Origin: a virus
Taxonomy: Duplodnaviria > Caudoviricetes
Length of the DNA: 64,000 nt
Virus record (IMG/VR): IMGVR_UViG_3300020576_006967
Span: 96,001-160,000 of that record
Direction: 5' to 3' (one strand)
In this document: positions 29,112 to 37,006 of the stretch, one piece after another
Layout: every line of letters begins with the position of its first letter
How positions within the stretch are numbered: the stretch's first letter is position 1
Position numbers and translations under genes: made by a program
Notes under the pieces: generated by a model
Database searches by the model: none
Told to the model about the DNA's origin: nothing
Seen by the model: the letters and a program-made list of their open reading frames with translations, nothing else

Positions 29112-29762
29112 ATGCAAAAGACAGCCACGCAAACAGCCACAAACAGCGCAAGCAAAGGGTTAACAAAGAACGTAATTCAATTCCGTAATGGTTTTGTAAA
29201 TTTACCAAGTTCTAAATCGGCTAATTATCAGATGGCAATGTCTGTTACTGCTGAACTTATGCAATTTGGTTATATTCTTGAACAATCTGCTATAACAAAT
29301 TTGAGCTCAGCTTCCAAAGAAGATATTATAAATTTCCACAATGAAATAATTGTGTATTTAAAACATATGACTGGTTCTAATAGAAACTACCAAGCTTTCT
29401 ATTCTGGTTTTCCAACTCAAGTAATGGAAATGTCTGATTGCGAACTTTGGGTAAACCAAATTGTTCATTATATTTCTAATGGTCGTTTTGTTCCAAACGA
29501 ATGGACAAAAGAAAAACCGACAGCTTTCGAGAATTCAAAATATACAAAAATTGGTTCTGGAAATGATGAAAAATTTATAAACATTTTTACTGATTTGGTA
29601 AGTGTAAACAACTCTTTAACACCAGACGATCAAAGCATTATTGAGTTTTTTATAAGCAATGGAATTGAATTAAGATTTCCTGACCAGATACCATTTAAAG
29701 AAAATCTTTGCAAGGTTATAGGTGAATTAGCTAAAAGTGGTAAAAAAATAGAAATTGAATAA
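29112..29762 (+). CDS. N-terminal half of a split large TerD-domain stress protein
   Basis: ELMQFGYIL...FYSGFP.QVMEM...NQIVHY...SLTPDD...IPFKENL, as in the N-terminal region of long TerD-domain proteins. Confidence 0.75.
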   Translation: MQKTATQTATNSASKGLTKNVIQFRNGFVNLPSSKSANYQMAMSVTAELMQFGYILEQSAITNLSSASKEDIINFHNEIIVYLKHMTGSNRNYQAFYSGFPTQVMEMSDCELWVNQIVHYISNGRFVPNEWTKEKPTAFENSKYTKIGSGNDEKFINIFTDLVSVNNSLTPDDQSIIEFFISNGIELRFPDQIPFKENLCKVIGELAKSGKKIEIE

Positions 29763-29822
29763 AAACCATAACAGACTTTGTTTTTTTTAAAAAAACTTAA
29801 TATTTATATTAAAAAGTCTGTT

Positions 29823-30737
29823 ATGGAAGAAAAAACTAAGTATTTTATTGGCAAAGCAAAAAAAACACATGGAAACAAATATGATTACTCTTTAGTTGAA
29901 TATAAAAGTAGTCGAGAAAAAGTTAAAATAATTTGCAAAAATCACGGAGAATTTGAGCAACAAGCTAATTCTCATTTGCAAGGAAAAAAATGTATGCAAT
30001 GTTCAATAGAAGAAAGATCTTTGAAAAGAAAAAACACAAAAAAAGAATTTATAAACAAAGCGATTGAAATACATGGGAAAATTTTCGATTATTCAAAGGT
30101 TGACTATGTAAACAATAAAACTAAAATTAAAATAATTTGTAAAAATCACGGAGAGTTTGAACAAAGACCAGATTGCCACTTATTTTTAAAACACGGATGT
30201 CCAAAGTGCGGCGGCACTTCAAAAGTTAGCTTAGAAGAGTTTAAGAAAAGAGCAAATGATAGACACGATGGTTTTTTTAATTATTCAGCAGTAACATTTA
30301 ATAATATTACTGATAAAGTTGAAATAAATTGTCCAAAACATGGCCCATTTATACAAGGTGTTAAAGCTCATTTAGATGGAAATGCTTGCCCTAATTGTAA
30401 GACTTCAAAATTAGAAAACAAAATTTTAAAAGAAATAAAAGGAATAACAAATGAAATTAGAATTAAACAATTTTACAAGAGCGCATGGTTAGAAAGACAA
30501 CATATTGATATTTTTTTGTTAGATTTTAATATAGCAATAGAGTGTCACGGAATACAACACTATGAGGTAATTGAAAAATTTGGAGGTGAACCCGCATTCA
30601 AAAAAAGAATTGAGTTGGATTCTAAAAAAAGAAAACTGTGTGCAGAAAACAATATTGAACTTTATGAAATTCCGTATTTTTATAACAAAAGTGAATTGAA
30701 TGAAGTTTTACAAAAAATAAAAAACAAAATAGCATAA
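29823..30737 (+). CDS. free-standing homing endonuclease (DUF723-like zinc repeats plus PD-(D/E)xK domain)
   Basis: Three HG.KYDYS.V.Y...K.KIIC..HGEF.Q....H...CP.C repeats; C-terminal DIFL..NIAIECHGIQHY...D..K. Confidence 0.85.
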   Translation: MEEKTKYFIGKAKKTHGNKYDYSLVEYKSSREKVKIICKNHGEFEQQANSHLQGKKCMQCSIEERSLKRKNTKKEFINKAIEIHGKIFDYSKVDYVNNKTKIKIICKNHGEFEQRPDCHLFLKHGCPKCGGTSKVSLEEFKKRANDRHDGFFNYSAVTFNNITDKVEINCPKHGPFIQGVKAHLDGNACPNCKTSKLENKILKEIKGITNEIRIKQFYKSAWLERQHIDIFLLDFNIAIECHGIQHYEVIEKFGGEPAFKKRIELDSKKRKLCAENNIELYEIPYFYNKSELNEVLQKIKNKIA

Positions 30738-30750
30738 AAAAACAAAGCAT

Positions 30751-32388
30751 ATGAACACAACATTAAATAAAGAACAAAACACTATTGTGTTAAAAAATTT
30801 AAAACTGACCGTGACAGATATTTTGCGTGTGGCAGTTCATATGTCTGGTGGAGATATTTCATTGCCAAAGGTGCCAAGAAAACTTATTAGAGCTAACAGA
30901 TGGAGCTCACATCAGTCTGCCAATCCAGAGCGTGAAAAATTTAAGTTTAAAAGCTTTTCTCGTCCTGAACGTAGAATTATCCTTTCTCTTCTTGAGAAAA
31001 CAAATTGTGATGCTTCCGAAGCAAAACTTAAAGCGCAGCGTTGGGCAAAACTTGGTCATTCACTTCACGTTGGTGAATATGCAAAGAAATTTCCAAAAGC
31101 TTTAGCTATGTTCAATTCTGTGCGTAATGAAAAGGTGCAGTCTTGGTATGGTAAAGTAAATAGCGCATTTGCTTCTTCTTTTAACGAAGGAATTAAACTT
31201 CTTTCACAAAGACCAGGTGAATTTATGCGTAAACTTGACTGGTTGCTTAGAACAGAGGTTTCAAGCACAAAACCTTTTAAAGGAAATATCCTTGCAAAGT
31301 ATTTTACTAAGGATCCACATGTTTCAGATTCTTTAAAGAAGTTGACCCTTGAAGAAAGAGTTGCTCTTGTATTGGATGTGTTTAAAGTTATTGCTCCTAA
31401 AGTAAGTAACAAAGTGTTATATGAAGCATATAGCCATTTTGAAGGGCGTTACGAGGAAAAAACTAATAGAACTATTATGGTAAAGGGTTCAAGAAAAAGA
31501 ACTACATTACCTAGTTTGCCAGCTATTCCAGCAAGTGTAATTGAATCAGTTCAGCGAGGTGTTATTGAAGCTCTTATGAGTAAATTTGCTGCATTACCAA
31601 AGCTTGAAAAAGTTTATGTGGATGAGCAATTAAAAAACATTCCTATGCCAACTAACATGCGTTCTTTAAATTCTTCGTTGAAGCCTACTATCAGAGGTTT
31701 GAGAATGCCTATTGGAAACACAGACTCTAAGGTAATTCGTGTTTATGTTCACTGGTTCGATGAACGTGGAAATAAAGATATTGACTTGAGCACAACTTTT
31801 GTTGGAAATAACAAGCAGCCAATTGTAATTGCTTACACAAATTTGAGAAATGAGTTTACTACTCACTCAGGTGACGTAAGGCACCGTCAAGGTGCTTGTG
31901 CTGAGTACATCGACATTGAAATTGCTAAAGCACGTAAGGCTGGATACAAATATGCAACTGTTGATATCAGAAACTTCAATGGTGGATCTCTTGCGTCAAT
32001 TAAGGACTGTGTGTTTGGCTTCATGGAGCGTGAGTTCCCAGAGTCTAACAAGACATTCTTACCTTCTACATTGGCAAATTCAATGAAGTTGGAAAGTTCA
32101 TCTACTGTAACTTTGGCCGTGATTATTGATCTTGAAACCAGAGAGTACATATATATGGACATTGATTCAACATCGTTGCCAGTTGCTTCTATGTCTGTAA
32201 AAGACACTATTGCTGCAATTAAGCCTTATACAGATGCACCAAAATTCTCTGTATATGACTTAGCATTGCTTCACGCAGAAGTTAGAGGTGCAGAACTTGT
32301 TGAGAAAGAAGAAGAAGCTAACACCTGCTTTAAGTTTGAAGAATATAGCCAAAGCTATATCGAAATACTTAAACTCATGGGAGTTTAA
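30751..32388 (+). CDS. C-terminal half of split TerD-domain protein
   Basis: TVTDILRVAVHMSGGDISL, RPGEFMRKLD, TerD-like DIDLS...HSGD....ACAEYIDI. Confidence 0.8.
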   Translation: MNTTLNKEQNTIVLKNLKLTVTDILRVAVHMSGGDISLPKVPRKLIRANRWSSHQSANPEREKFKFKSFSRPERRIILSLLEKTNCDASEAKLKAQRWAKLGHSLHVGEYAKKFPKALAMFNSVRNEKVQSWYGKVNSAFASSFNEGIKLLSQRPGEFMRKLDWLLRTEVSSTKPFKGNILAKYFTKDPHVSDSLKKLTLEERVALVLDVFKVIAPKVSNKVLYEAYSHFEGRYEEKTNRTIMVKGSRKRTTLPSLPAIPASVIESVQRGVIEALMSKFAALPKLEKVYVDEQLKNIPMPTNMRSLNSSLKPTIRGLRMPIGNTDSKVIRVYVHWFDERGNKDIDLSTTFVGNNKQPIVIAYTNLRNEFTTHSGDVRHRQGACAEYIDIEIAKARKAGYKYATVDIRNFNGGSLASIKDCVFGFMEREFPESNKTFLPSTLANSMKLESSSTVTLAVIIDLETREYIYMDIDSTSLPVASMSVKDTIAAIKPYTDAPKFSVYDLALLHAEVRGAELVEKEEEANTCFKFEEYSQSYIEILKLMGV

Positions 32389-32390
32389 TA

Positions 32391-32415
32391 AAAAGGGCCT
32401 CAGGGCCCTTTTTTT
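32391..32415 (+). terminator. Rho-independent terminator (possibly bidirectional)
   Basis: AAAAGGGCC-TCAG-GGCCCTTTTTTT. Confidence 0.85.
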
Positions 32416-32443
32416 GTAACCTTTTTGTTTTATGTGCGTATAA
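32415..32443 (+). promoter_or_regulatory. ECF-sigma-like phage promoter
   Basis: TGTAAC-N16-CGTATAA. Confidence 0.7.
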
Positions 32444-32463
32444 GATTATAAATCGTCTAAAAA

Positions 32464-32667
32464 ATGAAAAACGGTAAATGGTTGTTCTTATTATACCTTC
32501 TTTGTCTAGCTGTTGGATTTGTATGGAGTGTTAAGATTTATTTCGATAATTGGAATAGAATAATGAGTGACCACGATAAGTTTGAATTATATAAATATCC
32601 AGTTGGCGTGTTGTGTTTGGGTATCATTGCATATAACTTTCACAAAGTATTCTATGAAAAAGAGTAA
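32464..32667 (+). CDS. small membrane protein
   Basis: Two TM helices. Confidence 0.6.
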   Translation: MKNGKWLFLLYLLCLAVGFVWSVKIYFDNWNRIMSDHDKFELYKYPVGVLCLGIIAYNFHKVFYEKE

Positions 32668-32992
32668 CAAAGTCAATAACTCTACAAAAAGAAATTTCCA
32701 GCTTCAAGGTTTGTGGTTTACTCAAAAAGAAGCGACCTATTTGGTTCGTGAAGCTAAAAAAATTGGTTTTACACCAATGTCTCAGTACGCAAAGGAAAAA
32801 GTTTTTAATAAAAAAGAAGTTCTTGGTTATATTTATTTCCTTCATACAAAAAGCGAAAACACATTTCGTTTGGATAAATTTGAAATTAAAAACGCTGGCT
32901 TAGATATATTTAAAGATAACGTTTCGAACATTTTTTTTACTCTATTATTTAAGCAGCACGAAGAAAGCATATCTATTTACCACGAAGAATGA
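32654..32992 (+). CDS. hypothetical protein
   Basis: ATG 32654; ATGA coupling to next gene. Confidence 0.6.
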   Translation: MKKSNKVNNSTKRNFQLQGLWFTQKEATYLVREAKKIGFTPMSQYAKEKVFNKKEVLGYIYFLHTKSENTFRLDKFEIKNAGLDIFKDNVSNIFFTLLFKQHEESISIYHEE

Positions 32993-33489
32993 CGATTCCA
33001 AAAAACATAGCTAAGGCTCTCGGAAACCCTGGAATATGGGCGTATGTAAAAGAAAAATATTACAACGAGGCAATTAATTATCTTGACAAAGAGCTTGATG
33101 AATTTCACGACAAAAAACGTGGAGATATTAAGGTAAAATTTAAAGACTTCGACTATAAACATGAAATTGATGCTTGTGATTTCTCACACGAGAAATTTCA
33201 AGACGAAGATGTGTTGATTGGTATTTGGAGAGTAAAAAAAGAATATCTTATTCCAGACCTTGATGATTATGAAGATATGGTTAAAGATAAAGATTGCAAG
33301 TTTTGCCGCAGAGAATACCCGTCAAGAAAAATATCTCTTGATGGTTTAAAAGTTGAGCACTATGACCATGATGGCGGTTGGCCCGTAAGAGGATTTGCAA
33401 AAAAGCAGTGGCTTTATGTGGTTTGCCCAGGATGTGGTCACCAACACTCATTTAATCATCTTGGAATTAGTAAAGAAGTAAAGCAATAA
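32989..33489 (+). CDS. hypothetical zinc-ribbon protein
   Basis: CKFC...HYDHDGGW...QWLYVVCPGCGH. Confidence 0.7.
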   Translation: MTIPKNIAKALGNPGIWAYVKEKYYNEAINYLDKELDEFHDKKRGDIKVKFKDFDYKHEIDACDFSHEKFQDEDVLIGIWRVKKEYLIPDLDDYEDMVKDKDCKFCRREYPSRKISLDGLKVEHYDHDGGWPVRGFAKKQWLYVVCPGCGHQHSFNHLGISKEVKQ

Positions 33490-33490
33490 T

Positions 33491-34102
33491 TTGGATTACG
33501 AAAAACAAATAGATATCATAAGAAGCGTAACTCACAGTATAGAACCTCACAAAGTGACCATACTTACTGGAAAAAACGGTAGCGGTAAATCTCTTGTAAG
33601 AAAAATATTGAGTGGAGTTATAAGTGAAAAGTGTGGAACTGATATCAAACACACTGTTGCCGCAGTTTCTATGGAATCTAGATCAAATCGCAAAATGGAT
33701 TTCAGCGCTCTTAATTCTGCTGGCATTGACGATCCTGAAAATCCAACTGGTTTAGAAAGTCTTCACAATCTGGACATGATTCTTGGATCCTTTACAAAGG
33801 ACAGTCCAAGATATATTGTGATTGACGAGCCTGAGCTTGGCATGGGTGAAGAAATGGTTGTTGCTTTTGCTAACAAATTAAACTCTGTTTTTGAAACGCT
33901 TCCAGAGGGTTGTTTGGGTGTTATGATCATTACTCACAGTCCAACAATGATAAAGCTGTTAAAAGGCAAATTTGCTAACATGGAGGGTATGACTCGTGAA
34001 GAATGGCTTAATAGAGAAATTATACCCACTGATTTAGAGCAATTTAAGGTTGATTCCCTGGGTCTTTGGAGGGCAATACAAAATTATTCGAAAAAAAATT
34101 AA
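33491..34102 (+). CDS. ABC-type ATPase (stand-alone)
   Basis: Walker A GKNGSGKS, Walker B/D-loop IVIDEPELG, H-loop IITHS. Confidence 0.85.
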   Translation: MDYEKQIDIIRSVTHSIEPHKVTILTGKNGSGKSLVRKILSGVISEKCGTDIKHTVAAVSMESRSNRKMDFSALNSAGIDDPENPTGLESLHNLDMILGSFTKDSPRYIVIDEPELGMGEEMVVAFANKLNSVFETLPEGCLGVMIITHSPTMIKLLKGKFANMEGMTREEWLNREIIPTDLEQFKVDSLGLWRAIQNYSKKN

Positions 34103-34109
34103 AAAATAC

Positions 34110-34140
34110 TTGCTATTTATTTGAAATAGTATTATATTTG
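34110..34140 (+). promoter_or_regulatory. Bacteroidota sigma70-type promoter for the ncRNA array
   Basis: TTG-N20-TATATTTG (TAnnTTTG). Confidence 0.7.
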
Positions 34141-34167
34141 TACTCAGAAAGTTCTTTTACGTATTTT

Positions 34168-34780
34168 AAACAAACTAAAGCAGGCCATGTGTCTAGTTAC
34201 TTCTATCTCTTGAAATGATTTTACTGTCACGCTTTCCAGCTTTACTTTGTTTTACAGATATTCAAAAATATTGACGGCCATCTGTATTCTTACTTCTCGC
34301 CGAAAGGCATTCAATTGTTAACTGAAACCACAGAAGCAGAATTACCGTCTTTGTTATTGGAGGCCATGTGTCTACTTACTTCTAAATTTTTCAGCAAAAA
34401 AAACATTAGTATCACAATTTCCTCCTGTTATTTCAAATAAGTTTAAACGGCCACATGTCTAGTTACTTCTACTTTTATTCCAAAAAACTACTAGCATAAT
34501 TACCGTTTAAACTTATTTACCTTATTAAACTGGCCATGAGTCCAGCTACTTCTACAGATCCACCTCAAGGAGGATTACCAAACTGCTAGCTCAATTACCA
34601 GTTTATGTTCTTTAAAATATTGTCAATTCAGGGCTAAACGGCCATGTACCCAGAGACTGAAAACTACTTCATCAGGTTCCCGTAATTGGAACCCGTGAAA
34701 GTTCAGAGTCTGCAGCTACTTCTATACAATTATAAAATAGAGATGATCTTATGATCGGATGCTGATACAATTACCGCCTG
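34168..34780 (+). ncRNA. array of six structured ncRNA units sharing a GGCCAY...TACTTCT...AATTACC scaffold
   Basis: GGCCAY at 34183, 34276, 34362, 34449, 34532, 34640; compensatory base changes in three stems; no long ORF; own promoter and terminator. Confidence 0.85.
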
Positions 34781-34816
34781 GAAAAACAATCATCGGGTCA
34801 TCTCGACCAGAACAAT

Positions 34817-34859
34817 AATCCGCCATTACACATAAGAACATGGCGGATTTTTTGCTTTT
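34817..34859 (+). terminator. Rho-independent terminator ending the ncRNA array
   Basis: AATCCGCCAT / ATGGCGGATT 10-bp stem plus T-tract. Confidence 0.75.
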
Positions 34860-34862
34860 AAT

Positions 34863-34891
34863 TGAAACCTTTATGATAGTTTTACGTATAA
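34863..34891 (+). promoter_or_regulatory. ECF-sigma-like phage promoter
   Basis: TGAAAC-N16-CGTATAA. Confidence 0.75.
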
Positions 34892-34916
34892 ATGTATATG
34901 AATCTAACAATTTATC

Positions 34917-35099
34917 ATGCAAAGAAGAGACGAAATAAAAGAATTGCTAAAACATCTTTTAGGTAAAGCTAAAGACGCTATAAATACTAAAGCTTACTCC
35001 GATGATTTTAAAGAAGTTTTAAAATCATCACAAGAGGTTGTGGTAATATCAAAGCAAATTGAAACTTATATGACCGAATTAAATGAAATCACTGATTAA
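34917..35099 (+). CDS. hypothetical protein
   Basis: ORF after promoter. Confidence 0.6.
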   Translation: MQRRDEIKELLKHLLGKAKDAINTKAYSDDFKEVLKSSQEVVVISKQIETYMTELNEITD

Positions 35100-35271
35100 C
35101 TTCATTATGTATAAAATTTTTCGTCGCACGTATTGGCGTTTAAATGCTATTTTGGGTTTTATTTTATTGAACTCATTTAGTTTGCTGGAGGCAATATTTA
35201 CAAAAAACTCTTATGCAGAATACTATGAAGAAAATATGGTTGTAATTAAAAACAGTTGGAACAAATATTAA
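35083..35271 (+). CDS. small membrane protein
   Basis: One TM helix. Confidence 0.5.
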   Translation: MKSLINFIMYKIFRRTYWRLNAILGFILLNSFSLLEAIFTKNSYAEYYEENMVVIKNSWNKY

Positions 35272-35273
35272 AA

Positions 35274-35597
35274 ATGAAAACAATACCATTTAAAATACCC
35301 TTACAAGGAGCGCCAGTGTTTAGCAAGTCTCCAGCATTTATAATAAACTCAAGTGAGAATATACTGATTGTAGAGGTTAGCATGAAAAGCAAACGGTGTT
35401 TGGTGGAAAGTATTGTTGGCGGAGATGATGAAATGCCAGGTTTGTATATTTGTGCTTCTGAAAATTCTGTCTGGTTAAAAAGTGGAAAACGTGTAAACGA
35501 ACCAACTTGTATTATGTTTCCAACACTAAAAGATTGGAACCATTTTTGTTCTGATATTGGCAAAAACACATTAAGAATTTGTTTTTTAAAAAAATAA
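35274..35597 (+). CDS. hypothetical protein
   Basis: ATG 35274. Confidence 0.6.
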   Translation: MKTIPFKIPLQGAPVFSKSPAFIINSSENILIVEVSMKSKRCLVESIVGGDDEMPGLYICASENSVWLKSGKRVNEPTCIMFPTLKDWNHFCSDIGKNTLRICFLKK

Positions 35598-35598
35598 A

Positions 35599-35871
35599 AT
35601 GGCAAAAGGCGACTGGATAAAAGCTCAGGCTTTTCCAATATACTACATAGATTCTTGGAGTTCAGATGAAAGCAAATTCATTCTAAGAATTGAGCAGTTG
35701 GTGCTTGAAGAGGGAAGACCATGGATTGTTGATGTAATGGGAGTTGAGAAATTTCTGGTAATTGGTGAAGACAATCCAGATAAAGTTAAAAGACTTGCAA
35801 AGAAATATTTGCGAGAGGTCATTAAAAAAGTGGCTTGGACACTTGATATGAAAAATTTGGACACAGAATAA
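35599..35871 (+). CDS. hypothetical protein
   Basis: Packed ORF. Confidence 0.6.
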   Translation: MAKGDWIKAQAFPIYYIDSWSSDESKFILRIEQLVLEEGRPWIVDVMGVEKFLVIGEDNPDKVKRLAKKYLREVIKKVAWTLDMKNLDTE

Positions 35872-35873
35872 TT

Positions 35874-36125
35874 ATGAAAAAAATAATTTTAATTTTTGCA
35901 ATTTTAATTGCTTCTTGTAAAGAAAGAGCAACAGTTGTTATTGATGGCTGTGAATACATTGAGACAGAGAATTTTAATGGTGAAGGAGTTAATACTTCTT
36001 TAACTCACAAGGGTAATTGTAAAAACCCAATTCACCACTATGTAACTCCTGATGTAAAAAATGACACAATTGTGTTGCCATTAATTTCAGGCCCACTTAT
36101 TTTAGACACATTAATTAAAAAATAA
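35874..36125 (+). CDS. small lipoprotein
   Basis: Lipobox IASC; IDGCEYI...THKGNCKN. Confidence 0.7.
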   Translation: MKKIILIFAILIASCKERATVVIDGCEYIETENFNGEGVNTSLTHKGNCKNPIHHYVTPDVKNDTIVLPLISGPLILDTLIKK

Positions 36126-36129
36126 AACC

Positions 36130-36687
36130 ATGAACAATCCTAAAAAAGCATTATTGGACAAAGCGTTAAACGCTCTGTTTCTTGCGGTTGATGAAAAGAT
36201 TGCACAAGACATTTCAAATAAAGTTATTGAAGCGTTTGAAGAAAAAAACGTTGCTGGTGAAGATTTTTATCTAGATGAAGAAAACGCCTACCAAAGACTT
36301 AAAGAAGAGTACGAAAAATATCATACTCTTATCGTGGCCTATGACTTTGGAAACACTGTGTTTGATTACAATAACAAAGGAATTACTTTTCAAAATGTTG
36401 TAGAGCTTTTAAAAGTGTGCAAAGAAATTGGCTGTCACCTATCTGTATTCACCTCTGATGATGATGATAGCATTCAGGATGTAAAGAATTACCTGGACGA
36501 AAACAACATCCCTTACGACAGCATTAACGAGCACCCAGATTCAATCAAGTTCAAATCTAAAAAGATCTATTACAACATTCTTTTGGATGATAGAGCTGGT
36601 TTACCATCTGCTTACAGAGTGTTGTCTAGAGTTGCTTATGGAGCAAGGATGAAAAAAATGCAAATTGGAATGACTGACGTGGCTTAA
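36130..36687 (+). CDS. HAD-superfamily phosphatase-like protein
   Basis: IVAYDFGNT, FTS, YDSINE, KIYYNILLDDRAG. Confidence 0.75.
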   Translation: MNNPKKALLDKALNALFLAVDEKIAQDISNKVIEAFEEKNVAGEDFYLDEENAYQRLKEEYEKYHTLIVAYDFGNTVFDYNNKGITFQNVVELLKVCKEIGCHLSVFTSDDDDSIQDVKNYLDENNIPYDSINEHPDSIKFKSKKIYYNILLDDRAGLPSAYRVLSRVAYGARMKKMQIGMTDVA

Positions 36688-36989
36688 TGGAAGAAAGAAT
36701 AATATGTGCAGCTAACTGGTACAAAGATTTGCAAAAGCCTGTATACGGTCCAAAAAACATTGTAGAAGGCATTGTGTTCTGTGGTCATAGTCACTTAATG
36801 TGTTTGCATCAAATGATTGCAATGACTGGTAAAAGACAAGCTGAAGTTGGAGCGTATGAAGAGGGTTTTATTACAAGTACAAATAGATTTGTTACAAGAG
36901 AAGAGGCTGCTAAGATTGCGCTTTCTTGCAAGCAGATTGAAAAGCTGAAGTACAGCAGCAAAGATTTGTACAGCGAAGATTTATATTAA
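36687..36989 (+). CDS. conserved phage hypothetical protein
   Basis: IICAANW..G..FCGH.H...GFITSTNRFVTREEA..IA...LYSEDLY. Confidence 0.75.
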   Translation: MEERIICAANWYKDLQKPVYGPKNIVEGIVFCGHSHLMCLHQMIAMTGKRQAEVGAYEEGFITSTNRFVTREEAAKIALSCKQIEKLKYSSKDLYSEDLY

Positions 36990-37006
36990 TAATAATTTAT
37001 TTAAAT

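Noticed and set aside
29763-30750. Group I intron carrying the endonuclease
   Set aside because: The non-coding flanks are about 60 and 13 nt of A/T-rich sequence with no visible P/Q/R/S core, and both gene halves have their own start and stop codons.
34168-34780. CRISPR array interpretation of the repeats
   Set aside because: The repeats are not identical direct repeats. Conserved blocks flank each variable part on both sides and covary as stems, unit lengths are irregular, and no cas genes are in the window.
34168-34780. tRNA gene cluster
   Set aside because: No TTCGA T-loops, D-arms or CCA ends; only anticodon-loop-like fragments.
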